DNA of 64,000 nucleotides from a candidate division TM6 bacterium GW2011_GWF2_28_16 (GCA_000989185.1 LBNX01000003.1:33704-97703); one strand, 5' to 3'. Positions 1 to 9,561 are shown, counted from the stretch's first letter. The notes: a model not told the origin generated them from the letters alone. Numbers and translations are program-made.

Positions 1-1
1 T

Positions 2-241
2 TGTGATAGATATTATAAAATTTGGCTTAATCTTGAATTTGAAAATATATTTAATATCTGGAAAGAAAAATTAAATTATTTAATTAATAAAAATATTTTG
101 ATACATAAATTTGATGGTGAAAAAATTACTGGAAAATTTATAGGTGTGCTAGAAAATGGTGATATAGTTCTTGAGTTTGAAAACAAAATTCAGGAAGCTA
201 TTTCTTTTAATATTGTTGAAAATATTTTAGTAAAAAAATAA
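2..241 (+). CDS. 3' end of a biotin-protein ligase (BirA)-like gene, truncated by the window edge
   Basis: The frame is open from the window edge to TAA at 239-241. The tail ...HKFDGEKITGKFIGVLENGDIVLEFENKIQEAISF... resembles the small C-terminal domain of BirA-type ligases. A hairpin follows. Confidence 0.4.
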   Translation, partial: CDRYYKIWLNLEFENIFNIWKEKLNYLINKNILIHKFDGEKITGKFIGVLENGDIVLEFENKIQEAISFNIVENILVKK

Positions 242-263
242 GGGCCTGAATTTCTTCAGGCCC
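242..263. terminator. Bidirectional hairpin terminator between convergent genes
   Basis: GGGCCTGAA-tttc-TTCAGGCCC is a perfect 9-bp stem, followed by a T-run on + and preceded by an A-run. Confidence 0.6.
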
Positions 264-282
264 AGTTTTTTAAACGCTAAGA

Positions 283-504
283 TTAGTCTTCGTCTTCGTC
301 CCAATCTTCGTCATCTTCGTCTTCATCCCAATCTTCATCATCAAGATCTTCATCGTCGAAGTCTTCATCATCAAGATCTTCGTCGTCAAAATCTTCATCA
401 TCAAAATCTTCGAAATCATCTTCTTCTTCATCTTTTTTTGCTAGAAGAGAAATATTCTCTTCCATTATTCTTAATAGTTCTTCATTTAATGTTAATGAAA
501 CCAT
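283..504 (-). CDS. Small hyper-acidic protein (about 22-aa N-terminal helix plus about 50-aa D/E tail with periodic F/L/W)
   Basis: 73-aa ORF, MVSLTLNEELLRIMEENISLLAKK followed by (DDEDF/DDEDL/DEDW) repeats. The DNA shows the matching tandem periodicity. It lies between two terminator-like contexts. Confidence 0.55.
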   Translation of the reverse strand: MVSLTLNEELLRIMEENISLLAKKDEEEDDFEDFDDEDFDDEDLDDEDFDDEDLDDEDWDEDEDDEDWDEDED

Positions 505-593
505 AAACCTTCTTTCCTGAAAATATATTATTAATATTTATTACAATTTCATTGATAATATAATGTTTGATAAAAAATATGCAATAGTTAATT

Positions 594-1262
594 TTATTTT
601 TCATTAAACATATTTGTTTTATTTAGTTTTTTCCAATCATTATCAAACTTTTCTATCCCTTGTATTGTTAATGGATGTTTAAAAACTTTATCTAATAATA
701 ATGGTGGAATTGTTGCTACATCAGCACCATATAATATAGATTTTTGTAAATGTATAACGTTTCTTATTGAGGCTGCAAGAATTTCTGTTTTAAAGTTATA
801 ATTCTTTTTCATAGTTACAAGATCTTTTATTAATTCCATGCCATCTATATCGATATCATCCCATCTACCAATAAATGGAGAAATATATTTTACATTTAAT
901 TTAGATACTAAAAGAGCTTGTGTTAAAGAAAATATTAAAGTTACATTAATTTTAATATTTTCTTTTGTTAATTTAGAAATCACTGGTAAATATTCTTGTG
1001 CAAAAGGTATTTTGACTACAACATTTTTTGCTAAATTACTAATTTCTTTTGCTTGAGCGTAAACTTTTTCGGGTGTTTTTTCTACAACTTCTATGCTAAC
1101 ATCGCCATTTACCATATTGCATATATCTAGAAGAGCAGCTTTAATGTTGCCATTTTTTTCTTGTGCTATTAACGATGGGTTTGTCGTAACACCATCTATA
1201 ACGCCAGTGGGCATCCATTGTTTAATTAAATCTATGTTTGCTGTGTCTAAAAAGAGTTTCAT
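594..1262 (-). CDS. tal: Short-type transaldolase / fructose-6-phosphate aldolase family protein
   Basis: 222 aa. MKLFLDTANIDLIKQW...GVIDGVTTNPSL and the VVVKIP Schiff-base lysine region are family hallmarks. Confidence 0.9.
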   Translation of the reverse strand: MKLFLDTANIDLIKQWMPTGVIDGVTTNPSLIAQEKNGNIKAALLDICNMVNGDVSIEVVEKTPEKVYAQAKEISNLAKNVVVKIPFAQEYLPVISKLTKENIKINVTLIFSLTQALLVSKLNVKYISPFIGRWDDIDIDGMELIKDLVTMKKNYNFKTEILAASIRNVIHLQKSILYGADVATIPPLLLDKVFKHPLTIQGIEKFDNDWKKLNKTNMFNEK

Positions 1263-1270
1263 ATTTTCCC

Positions 1271-3700
1271 TTATTTTATTACAAAATTTATTAATCTATT
1301 TGGTACAAAAATTACTTTTACTATAGTTTTATCTTCAAGCCATTTGCTTATAATTTCTTTTGCTTGTTTTTCTATAATATTTTGTTCTGTATCTTTTGTT
1401 GTGTCTAAAGTACCTCGTAATTTGCCATTAACTTGTATTGCTATTTCTATATTATTTATTTGTGTATATCTTGTGTCGTATTTTGGAAAACTCAAATCTT
1501 GTAGTTTTTTGTTTAACAATTTTTCTAATAATTCACTAGAAAAATGTGGTGCCATAGCTGATATTGCAACTAAAAATTGTTCTAAGATTTCTTTATTAAT
1601 TTTTAGTTTTTTACCTGTTAAATCGTTTAAATATTCCATAATTGCCGAAACTGCTGTATTGGTTTTAAAGTTTTCTATTCGAGTTTCGTATTCTTTTAAG
1701 AATATATGAAATCTAGATAAAGACTCTTGTGTAATATCTTGATTATTTTTTAATATATTTTCTGGTGTGTTTAAATAAACCCATAATCTATTTAAAAAGT
1801 TTTTAACACCTTTTATAGAATCCGTTTGCCAGACAACATCGTCTTCTGGTGGGCCCATAAACAAAATATACATGCGTAAGGCATCTGTTCCAAATTCTGC
1901 AATCATATCATCTGGGTTAACAACGTTGCCTTTAGATTTTGACATTTTTTCTACACGCCCAGATTTTTCTGAATACATACAAACTAGGCCCTGATTAAAT
2001 AATTGCGTAAACGGTTCGTCAAAGTTTAAATAACCAAGATCGTATAAAACTTTTATATAAAATCTTGAATATAATAAATGTAGTACAGCGTGTTCGATAC
2101 CTCCAACATAAAAATCTACTGGTAGCCAGTATTTCATATCTTGTGGGTCAAAAGCTTTGTCTTTTAAATTTGGGTTTGGGTAGCGTAAAAAATACCAACA
2201 AGACCCAGCCCATTGGGGCATAGTGTTTGTTTCTCTTTTTGCAGCGTTACCACATTTTGGACATGTTGTATTTACAAAACTTTCTATCGTGGCAAGTGGT
2301 GATTCGCCTGTGCCTGAAGGTAAATAATTTTCTACTTCTGGTAATAATACCGGCAATTGGTCTTCAGGAACTGGGACAATGCCACATTTTTGGCAGTGTA
2401 TTATAGGTATTGGTTCACCCCAATATCTTTGGCGAGAGAATATCCAGTCTCTTAATTTATAAGTTGTTTTAAATTCTGCTAAATTATTTTTTGCTAAAAA
2501 TTCTACTATAGCCTGTGCACCTTTTGTTTTGGCTTCAAGACCATTAAATTCTCCGGAGTTAATTAAAATCCCGTCATCTTCTATGGCACTAGTTAAATTA
2601 TTATTATTATTATTATTAGCTTTTATTACTTGTACTATCTCGAGATTAAATTTTTTGGCAAAATCAAAATCTCTTTGGTCGTGTGCAGGTACGCACATAA
2701 TTGCGCCAGTACCGTAATGTTTTAGAACATAACTTGATAACCAAATTGGTATACGTTTATTGTTTACAGGATTTATTGCATAAGAGCCTGTAAATACACC
2801 AGTTTTTTCTTTGTTTTCTGCAGTTCTGTCTATTTCACTTAAATTTAAAACTTCTTCTTGATATTTTTTGATTATATTTTTTTGTGAACTAGTGACAATT
2901 TCGTCTACTAAATCATGATCTGGAGCCATTACCATGAAAGTAGCACCAAAAAGAGTATCTGGTCTTGTTGTAAATACAGTTATATCAATATTGTTTTCTG
3001 TTTTAAAAATTATATTGGCGCCTTTGCTTTTGCCTATCCAGTTGCGTTGCATAAGTTTTACTTTTTCGGCCCAATTTAAATTATCTAGGCCATCAAGTAA
3101 TTTTTCGGCATATTCTGTTATTTTTAAAACCCATTGTCTTATATTTTTTTTCTCAACTTTTGTACCACAACGTTCACAGCCTCCTGCAACAACTTCTTCA
3201 TTAGCAAGGCCTGTTAAACATGAGGGGCACCAGTTTATGGGCATATTGCTTTCGTAAGCAAGTCCCTTTTTGTACATTTGCAAAAATATCCATTGTGTCC
3301 ATTTATAATAATCTGGGTCTGTAGTGTTTAATTCTTTTGTCCAATCGTATATAGCACCCATTTGGTTAATTTGTTTTTTAAATATTGCAACATTATCTTG
3401 AGTGCTTTTTTTTGGATGCATTTTATTTTTAATAGCATAATTTTCTGCAGGCAAGCCAAATGCATCCCATCCCATAGGGTGCAACACATTATAGCCTTGT
3501 AATAATTTTATTCTGGCATATAAATCTGAAAATACATAACCCTTCCAGTGCCCTATGTGTAGGCCCGAACCAGACGGATATGGGAACATATCCAAGCAAT
3601 AAAATTTCTTTAAATTTTTATTATCTTTAGAGTTATAATATGGGTTTTTTTCCCAATAATTTTGCCATTTTTTTTCTATATCTAAAAAATTATAGCTCAT
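1271..3700 (-). CDS. leuS: Leucyl-tRNA synthetase
   Basis: 809 aa. It has the HIGH-type motif (PSGSGLHIGH), the KMSKS motif, Cys clusters and an overall LeuRS layout. Confidence 0.95.
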   Translation of the reverse strand: MSYNFLDIEKKWQNYWEKNPYYNSKDNKNLKKFYCLDMFPYPSGSGLHIGHWKGYVFSDLYARIKLLQGYNVLHPMGWDAFGLPAENYAIKNKMHPKKSTQDNVAIFKKQINQMGAIYDWTKELNTTDPDYYKWTQWIFLQMYKKGLAYESNMPINWCPSCLTGLANEEVVAGGCERCGTKVEKKNIRQWVLKITEYAEKLLDGLDNLNWAEKVKLMQRNWIGKSKGANIIFKTENNIDITVFTTRPDTLFGATFMVMAPDHDLVDEIVTSSQKNIIKKYQEEVLNLSEIDRTAENKEKTGVFTGSYAINPVNNKRIPIWLSSYVLKHYGTGAIMCVPAHDQRDFDFAKKFNLEIVQVIKANNNNNNNLTSAIEDDGILINSGEFNGLEAKTKGAQAIVEFLAKNNLAEFKTTYKLRDWIFSRQRYWGEPIPIIHCQKCGIVPVPEDQLPVLLPEVENYLPSGTGESPLATIESFVNTTCPKCGNAAKRETNTMPQWAGSCWYFLRYPNPNLKDKAFDPQDMKYWLPVDFYVGGIEHAVLHLLYSRFYIKVLYDLGYLNFDEPFTQLFNQGLVCMYSEKSGRVEKMSKSKGNVVNPDDMIAEFGTDALRMYILFMGPPEDDVVWQTDSIKGVKNFLNRLWVYLNTPENILKNNQDITQESLSRFHIFLKEYETRIENFKTNTAVSAIMEYLNDLTGKKLKINKEILEQFLVAISAMAPHFSSELLEKLLNKKLQDLSFPKYDTRYTQINNIEIAIQVNGKLRGTLDTTKDTEQNIIEKQAKEIISKWLEDKTIVKVIFVPNRLINFVIK
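2597..2617. repeat. (ATT)7 trinucleotide microsatellite inside leuS, encoding Asn7
   Basis: attattattattattattatt on +. On the coding strand it is (AAT)7, giving KANNNNNNNLTS in LeuRS. Confidence 0.9.
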
Positions 3701-3944
3701 CTATTTGTCCTAATTAAAAATTTATAATTAATATTTACTATAAAATTTCATTTAACAGTTTTAACAATTTAACATAAAAAACAAAAAAAATATTTTACTA
3801 AGAAATATTTTGTCTGATTTTAATTCAAACTATATTTCTTTAAAACAAATTTTCCAATAGAAAATTATAAGCTTAAAAAGGCTTTTTTTAGATAAAAATT
3901 ATTGAGTTGATTTTTATCTAGGTAATTTCATATTGTAAATTATA

Positions 3945-3990
3945 GGGAAAATATTGGGAAATATTTGGGGATAGTATCAGGGGGGAAGGG
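3945..3990 (+). promoter_or_regulatory. G-tract cluster in the 5' leader/RBS of the C11 peptidase gene
   Basis: GGGaaaatattGGGaaatattTGGGGatagtatcaGGGGGGaaGGGact precedes the ATG. That is five G-runs within 46 nt of an otherwise AT-rich spacer, and the first two units form a direct repeat. Confidence 0.35.
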
Positions 3991-3993
3991 ACT

Positions 3994-5355
3994 ATGAATA
4001 TAAGATATAATTTAAAATTATTTTTAATTTTAATCTTGTTTTCTTTTAATTATATATTTTCTGTAGCAGACTGGACAGTTTTAATTTATGTTCAGGCTAA
4101 AAATAATTTAAGTAAATTTGCGACACAAAATTTATATTCTATGTCCAAAATAGGATCTGATAATAATTTAAATATTTTGGTTCAATGGTATCAACCAGGT
4201 AAAGATGGTGTTTGGAGATATCAAATATTAAAAGATCAAATTAAATTAGATTCTTATTTACCAATAAATAGTGATGGTACCAATGTTAAAGACCTTGTAG
4301 ATTCTATGGACTGGGCTGTAAAAAAATATCCAGCAAACAAAAACTTTTTGATTTTATGGAATCATGGCGTTGGAATTGTTGATCCTATTTGGCAAAGAAG
4401 AATAAATTATGGAACAGGGCATAGTATTAGTTTTGGTAATGAGCAAACAATAAACTTAACAGAATATAGTGAGCATCAAGAATTTGTAGAAAATGAATTG
4501 CCAATAAAAATAGATGGTTTGTTAACTCAAAATTTAGGCATGTCTCAAGATTTTGATTTTACTTCTTTAGAGCATAGAGGGATTTTGTTTAATGAACAAT
4601 CTAGAACTTATTTAAATAATGAAGAATTATTAGAAGCTTTAAAACAAATAAAAACAAATGTTTTAAAAAATAAAAAATTAGATATCTTTGGCATGGACGC
4701 ATGTTTAATGTCTATGGTTGAAATTGGATATTTGGCCAAGGGTTATGCAAAATATATGATAAGTTCTCAAGAAGTTGAACTTGCATATGGCTGGAATTAT
4801 ATAGATTTACTTGGATCTATGAAAGCGACAACACTTTCACCAATAGATCTTGCAAAAACTTCTGTAATTTCTTATCAAAATTTTTATAAAAATAAAATAG
4901 ATTTTTATACTCAATCTGTTGTAGATTTAGATCGAATGGATGATATAAAAGACAGTATTAACAGTATTGTATTACGTGTTAATAATGCTAAAAAAATATC
5001 TCGTGATGTTGTAAAAAATTTAATAAAAATAGCACGAAGAGCATCTATTCAATTTACGAATAAAAGTTATATAGATTTACATTCTTTTTATACAGAGTTT
5101 TTAAAACAAATAGATAATTCTTTAAACAATATTAATAATGCGCAATTAAGAACAAGTCTTGTAGATCTAAAAACACAGCTTAATTTGGGCAAAAAAGTTA
5201 TAGAATCTGTTGTTATTGCAAAGACTGCAGGACAAAGGTTTCCAACAGCTAGTGGACTTTCTATATATTTCCCTGTAGCTGGAGTAGATAATTCTTATTA
5301 TAAAACAAATTTTGTAAAAGAATGTTTATGGCTAGATTTAATTAAAGATATATAA
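3994..5355 (+). CDS. Secreted clostripain-like (MEROPS C11-type) cysteine peptidase
   Basis: 453 aa. An N-terminal hydrophobic signal is followed by WTVLIYVQAKNNL. The His-Gly (LILWNHGVG) and Cys (FGMDACLMS) dyad spacing is typical of the C11 family. Confidence 0.65.
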   Translation: MNIRYNLKLFLILILFSFNYIFSVADWTVLIYVQAKNNLSKFATQNLYSMSKIGSDNNLNILVQWYQPGKDGVWRYQILKDQIKLDSYLPINSDGTNVKDLVDSMDWAVKKYPANKNFLILWNHGVGIVDPIWQRRINYGTGHSISFGNEQTINLTEYSEHQEFVENELPIKIDGLLTQNLGMSQDFDFTSLEHRGILFNEQSRTYLNNEELLEALKQIKTNVLKNKKLDIFGMDACLMSMVEIGYLAKGYAKYMISSQEVELAYGWNYIDLLGSMKATTLSPIDLAKTSVISYQNFYKNKIDFYTQSVVDLDRMDDIKDSINSIVLRVNNAKKISRDVVKNLIKIARRASIQFTNKSYIDLHSFYTEFLKQIDNSLNNINNAQLRTSLVDLKTQLNLGKKVIESVVIAKTAGQRFPTASGLSIYFPVAGVDNSYYKTNFVKECLWLDLIKDI

Positions 5356-5428
5356 CGCTATAAAAGTTAAAAATAATATTTAAAATTTAAAAAATTTATT
5401 AAGACTTACTTTCTCGTTTCTTTGTGTT

Positions 5429-5474
5429 ACCCTGCTTATTAAATAATATTAAAATTTAGTAAGCAGGGTTTTTT
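5429..5474 (+). terminator. Long hairpin terminator after the C11 peptidase gene, abutting the next start codon
   Basis: ACCCTGCTTATTAAAT...ATTTAGTAAGCAGGGT forms a 16-bp stem with 1 mismatch, followed by TTTTTT. The 3' arm GCAGGG may double as the SD for the next gene. Confidence 0.6.
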
Positions 5475-6092
5475 ATGCAAAATCAAAAAGAAAATTTAAA
5501 AAATGTTTTTGTAAAAAAAGAAGATGAAAAAATTTTAGTTATAAAAAGAGATATTTTATTTAATAAAAAAAGTATCTCTGGTTTAGAAAAAGTTGATTTT
5601 GATTATTATCAAGATCTAATCGAAAAAAATCAAGAATTTATTTGGCGTTCTGTAGCAGAAACAGATAATAGTTATAAACAAGTAATCCCATATTTAATTT
5701 TTAATTTTCAAGATAAATATTTTTTAATGCAACGTAAATCTAAAGCAAGCGAAGTTAGATTACAGAATTTATATTCACTCGGTATCGGCGGCCATATACG
5801 TCAAGAAGATATTACAGGGAGTGATATTTATAGTTGGGCTAAAAGAGAATTTTTAGAAGAAGTAGAATATTCTGGAAATTTAAAAATAAAAGCTCTTGGT
5901 ATTTTAAATGACGATTCTAACTCTGTTGGACAAGTTCATGTAGGTTTTGTTTTTTTATTAACAGGTGATTCAAGTAATATTAAGGTTAAAGAAGAATTAA
6001 AATCTGGTGAGTTATTAACTTTAAGTGAATGTAAAAAATATTACGAAAATATGGAAAATTGGACTAAATTGGTTTTTGATTTTTTGAAGTAA
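5475..6092 (+). CDS. Divergent Nudix-like hydrolase
   Basis: 205 aa. GIGGHIRQE...WAKREFLEEVEY resembles a Nudix box (G-x5-E...REUxEE) with a longer than canonical insert. Confidence 0.45.
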   Translation: MQNQKENLKNVFVKKEDEKILVIKRDILFNKKSISGLEKVDFDYYQDLIEKNQEFIWRSVAETDNSYKQVIPYLIFNFQDKYFLMQRKSKASEVRLQNLYSLGIGGHIRQEDITGSDIYSWAKREFLEEVEYSGNLKIKALGILNDDSNSVGQVHVGFVFLLTGDSSNIKVKEELKSGELLTLSECKKYYENMENWTKLVFDFLK

Positions 6093-6100
6093 TTTAGTTT

Positions 6101-6122
6101 GCCCAGCGCATGTGCGCTGGGC
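6101..6122. terminator. GC-rich palindromic hairpin between convergent genes (also a repeat-family module)
   Basis: GCCCAGCGCA-tg-TGCGCTGGGC is a perfect palindrome. The near-identical GCCCAGTGCGTGTGCGCTGGGC recurs at 59223-59244. Confidence 0.6.
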
Positions 6123-6134
6123 AACAATTAATTT

Positions 6135-7163
6135 TTATATAACAGGATAAGGTCTGTGAAACTTCGGTTCATAAGCCTCATTTTTAATTATTTTTCTTAC
6201 AATCTCTTTTTCATTTCTTGCTGATTCTTGTGCGTTTTTTACTGTTAAACGAAGATTATTTACATATAAATATATTTCAATAAAAGTATTCGAGCTTGTT
6301 GATAGCATTGGATCAATTTCTTTTGTAAAAATATCTTCTGAATATGCAAGATTTCCACAACCCTTATTTGTAGATTCTCCTGTCCAATACCAGGCTGTTA
6401 AATTACGAAGCCCCATTGGGTCTTCAAATTTTTTTACAAAATATTCATTAGCTTTTATACATTCTTCTGTAATATTATTACCATATAATCTTATAGAAAA
6501 TGGATAATTCGTTGTATTTATAATTTTTACGAATTGGCCATATACTTCTTCTTTTTTTCTATCTATTTTTTTTATTTCAAAATCTATACCTTTATTATCA
6601 AATTTAATATGAGTTTGTTTGAAGTCTAGTATATTTACAGGATAATCTGTTTTATCTATATCAAAACGTCTTATAAGCTTATTATTACTTTTTTTATAAA
6701 CTTTAATTTCTTTTAAGTTTATATTTTCTCTAAATAACTTTTTACTTTTTTTAGGTTCTATAGTTGTAGATCTATTTTTACCCATAGCGACATTTAAATC
6801 GACTTTTATTGAATAATCTAAATCGTTATAAAGTTTTAAAGTATAAAATGGGTTTACGGAAATTTTGGGTTTTTTTGTTCCTGATATATTAATTACAGTA
6901 GCTTGATTGTTTTTGACATTTATTTTTTTTGTATATTTTGATGTGTTATCATTAAAAGATGCTTCGATATTTTTGATATCCATATTTGAGTTTATAACTT
7001 TATGTGAATTTGCATTTACAGTAAATTCTTTATCTGGTCCGGTTTGATCTAATTTTATAGTAACTTTTTGTTTGCTTTTGTTATTGAATATTGCTTTGCC
7101 CTGATCGCAATATAAACTTGTTGTTAATAATAAAAACAATATAAATAAATTATATCTTTTCAT
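6135..7163 (-). CDS. Hypothetical secreted protein
   Basis: 342-aa ORF with an N-terminal signal-like segment, MKRYNLFILFLLLTTSLYC. I recognise no motif. Confidence 0.6.
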   Translation of the reverse strand: MKRYNLFILFLLLTTSLYCDQGKAIFNNKSKQKVTIKLDQTGPDKEFTVNANSHKVINSNMDIKNIEASFNDNTSKYTKKINVKNNQATVINISGTKKPKISVNPFYTLKLYNDLDYSIKVDLNVAMGKNRSTTIEPKKSKKLFRENINLKEIKVYKKSNNKLIRRFDIDKTDYPVNILDFKQTHIKFDNKGIDFEIKKIDRKKEEVYGQFVKIINTTNYPFSIRLYGNNITEECIKANEYFVKKFEDPMGLRNLTAWYWTGESTNKGCGNLAYSEDIFTKEIDPMLSTSSNTFIEIYLYVNNLRLTVKNAQESARNEKEIVRKIIKNEAYEPKFHRPYPVI

Positions 7164-7278
7164 AAAACTCTCCCTTAAAAAAATATTAGAAAAATAAACG
7201 TATAAGAATATTATTAATATTATTTTTGTACGTTAAGCAATAATATAATTATTTTTTATATAATTTATTTAAATTTAT

Positions 7279-8079
7279 TTAGTTTTTATTAATTAAATCC
7301 CAGATATTTAAAAAATCTTTAAAAGATAATTGCTGGGCTCTAAGTTTGAGAGTCTCTGGAGAAAATTTACTTAAATCATAATGTGTTGTTTTTAAATTAT
7401 TTACTAATGTTCTTCTTGGAGCTAAAAAGCATAATTTTAAAAATTTCCAGAATTCTATTTCGTTATTTATTGGTGTGATATTTTCTTTGGGTTTAAAATA
7501 AATTAATCTTGAATCAACTTTGGGTGGTGGGGTAAAAGCCTCTGGTCCAATTTTTTCCATTAATTCAAAATCAAAATAATGCTGCAAAAATAGAGAAGTA
7601 GAATTATATCCCCTGCCAGATTTGGCTACAATTTTTTGAGCTACTTCTTCTTGTATCATGACTACGCCTTCTTTAAATAAGTCACGATTTTTTTGTATTA
7701 AATAAAATATTGGAAAAGTTATTTGATATGGCAAATTAGCGAGTAATACCCAAGGCTTTAATTCTTGTAAATTACTTAAATCGACATCTAAAATATTAGT
7801 TATATTTATTTTTAATCTAGAATCTTTAATTGTATTTTGAACATAATCAGCCCATTCCGGATCAATTTCATAAACAAAAAGTTCTTTGCATTTTGTTAAG
7901 TTTAAAACTGCTTTGGTCAAAAAACCTTCGCCGCAGCCAATTTCTAAAACTCTAGTTTCTGGTGTTATAGTAACTTTTTTTATCATGTTTTCTACAACAG
8001 AGAATTTTTTTAAAAAGTGCTGGCCAAACTGCTTTTTTTTGGCAGGCTTATTTTCTATATTATTAAAATTATTATTCAT
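7279..8079 (-). CDS. rsmA: 16S rRNA (adenine1518/1519-N6)-dimethyltransferase
   Basis: 266 aa. It has FGQHFL, the SAM motif VLEIGCGEGFLT and NLPYQIT. Confidence 0.9.
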   Translation of the reverse strand: MNNNFNNIENKPAKKKQFGQHFLKKFSVVENMIKKVTITPETRVLEIGCGEGFLTKAVLNLTKCKELFVYEIDPEWADYVQNTIKDSRLKINITNILDVDLSNLQELKPWVLLANLPYQITFPIFYLIQKNRDLFKEGVVMIQEEVAQKIVAKSGRGYNSTSLFLQHYFDFELMEKIGPEAFTPPPKVDSRLIYFKPKENITPINNEIEFWKFLKLCFLAPRRTLVNNLKTTHYDLSKFSPETLKLRAQQLSFKDFLNIWDLINKN

Positions 8080-8169
8080 AAATATTATTTTATCTGGTTT
8101 ACATATTGTTTTAATATGATAGAACTATAACATATTTTTAATTAATAGTGAATTTTGAAGGGTTTTTAT

Positions 8170-9516
8170 ATGAATTTTAGATTAAGAATGGCGATAATAA
8201 TTTTATTAGGATTAAGTGGTTTTTTGGGAATTAAGGCATATTCTCATTGGGATTCTTATCATGATCTTGAAACGGCAAAAAAAGCGGTTAATAATGGGGC
8301 TGATATAAATGCTATAGATCAATATGGGCAGACGCCGTTGATGTTTGCTGCAGAAGATGGACTTGCGGATGTAGCAGAATTTTTAATAAAAAATGGTGCG
8401 GATGTAAATTTTAAAAATAATGAAGGAGAAACATCCTTAATGTTGGCGTGCTATTGTATTGATGATTATAATTATGATGGTCGTGTTCGTATTGTTGAGA
8501 TGTTAATAAAGAATGAGGCCGATTTACATGCAAAAAATGATTCGGGAAGGACAGCGTTAAGGTATGCGGCTGTATCCAATTTTGAATTGGATATCATTAA
8601 ATTATTAGTTGAAAAAGGTGCATTGGTAAATGATCCTCAATCTACTGGGTCTGCATTAATAGATTCACTTTATAACTATGCGATATGGGATATTGAAGAA
8701 TTTAGTGACAAAGATTACCGAAATATTAAGTTTTTGATAAAAAATGGAGCAGATGTAAATGCTAGATTTAAGCCTGATGAAGAATTGGTTTCTGTTCTTG
8801 ATATTGCTATTACTACTGGAAGATTAGAGTTAGTCGACCTGTTAATAGGGTATGGAGCCACATCCGAAATTAAAGCTCCGGATGCATTTGGTTGGGCGGT
8901 TATTCGCAAAAATATGAGTGATATTGAGAAATTGTTAGATCGTGATGGTTGTGATTTAATAACTCAAGAGGATAATTTGGGAATTACTGCTTTTGGTTAT
9001 GCTATTTTGTATAATCATAAAAATATTGTTGAGTTGTTTTTGAAAAAAGATCCAAATATAGTAAAAAATAATGTGGATCTATATTCTGATATTCTTACTT
9101 GGGCTTCTAAGCGGGGATACAAAGATATTGTTGAATCTTTGGTAAAAATAGATAAGAGTTTAACTTCTGTTGATGGTAGTGATGAGGCATTAATAAATGC
9201 TATAAAATTTGGACGGATCGATGTAGCTAAATTTTTGATTGAAAATGGTATTAATGTAAATGCAAAAAATTATGATGAAAAAACGGCATTAATGATGGCA
9301 TTAGAAAATGGTTTGTTTGATATTGCTAAGTTACTTATAAAAAATGGAGCAGATGTAAATAGAAAAGTTGTACTATATGGAGAAGAAATTTCTGCTTTAG
9401 GTTATGCTATTAGTTGGGCCATGCATAATAAAAATTATGAAATGGTTCAATTGCTTATAGTTTCTGGAGCAGATACAAATGTAGAAGCGGCAAAATTCTT
9501 GGTAATAAAGAAATAG
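8170..9516 (+). CDS. Ankyrin-repeat protein with N-terminal membrane/signal segment (3' end apparently frameshifted)
   Basis: There are multiple GADVN...G.T.L..A repeats. I prefer the ATG at 8170, which follows GAAGGGTTTTTAT, to the track start at 8155. The last repeat continues in the -1 frame to 9551. Confidence 0.85.
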   Translation: MNFRLRMAIIILLGLSGFLGIKAYSHWDSYHDLETAKKAVNNGADINAIDQYGQTPLMFAAEDGLADVAEFLIKNGADVNFKNNEGETSLMLACYCIDDYNYDGRVRIVEMLIKNEADLHAKNDSGRTALRYAAVSNFELDIIKLLVEKGALVNDPQSTGSALIDSLYNYAIWDIEEFSDKDYRNIKFLIKNGADVNARFKPDEELVSVLDIAITTGRLELVDLLIGYGATSEIKAPDAFGWAVIRKNMSDIEKLLDRDGCDLITQEDNLGITAFGYAILYNHKNIVELFLKKDPNIVKNNVDLYSDILTWASKRGYKDIVESLVKIDKSLTSVDGSDEALINAIKFGRIDVAKFLIENGINVNAKNYDEKTALMMALENGLFDIAKLLIKNGADVNRKVVLYGEEISALGYAISWAMHNKNYEMVQLLIVSGADTNVEAAKFLVIKK

Positions 9517-9561
9517 TAGATATTTTGATAAAAGCAGGGGCTGTTGATTGAGGTAAATTAC

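Noticed and set aside
838-3257. Antisense ORFs within tal and leuS (838-1056, 1093-1326, 1344-1709, 2529-2717, 2934-3257), and similar shadow ORFs opposite rpoD, dnaG, hisS, trkH, bamA and others
   Set aside because: Each lies fully within a strongly supported gene on the other strand. The low-complexity translations are typical of shadow frames.
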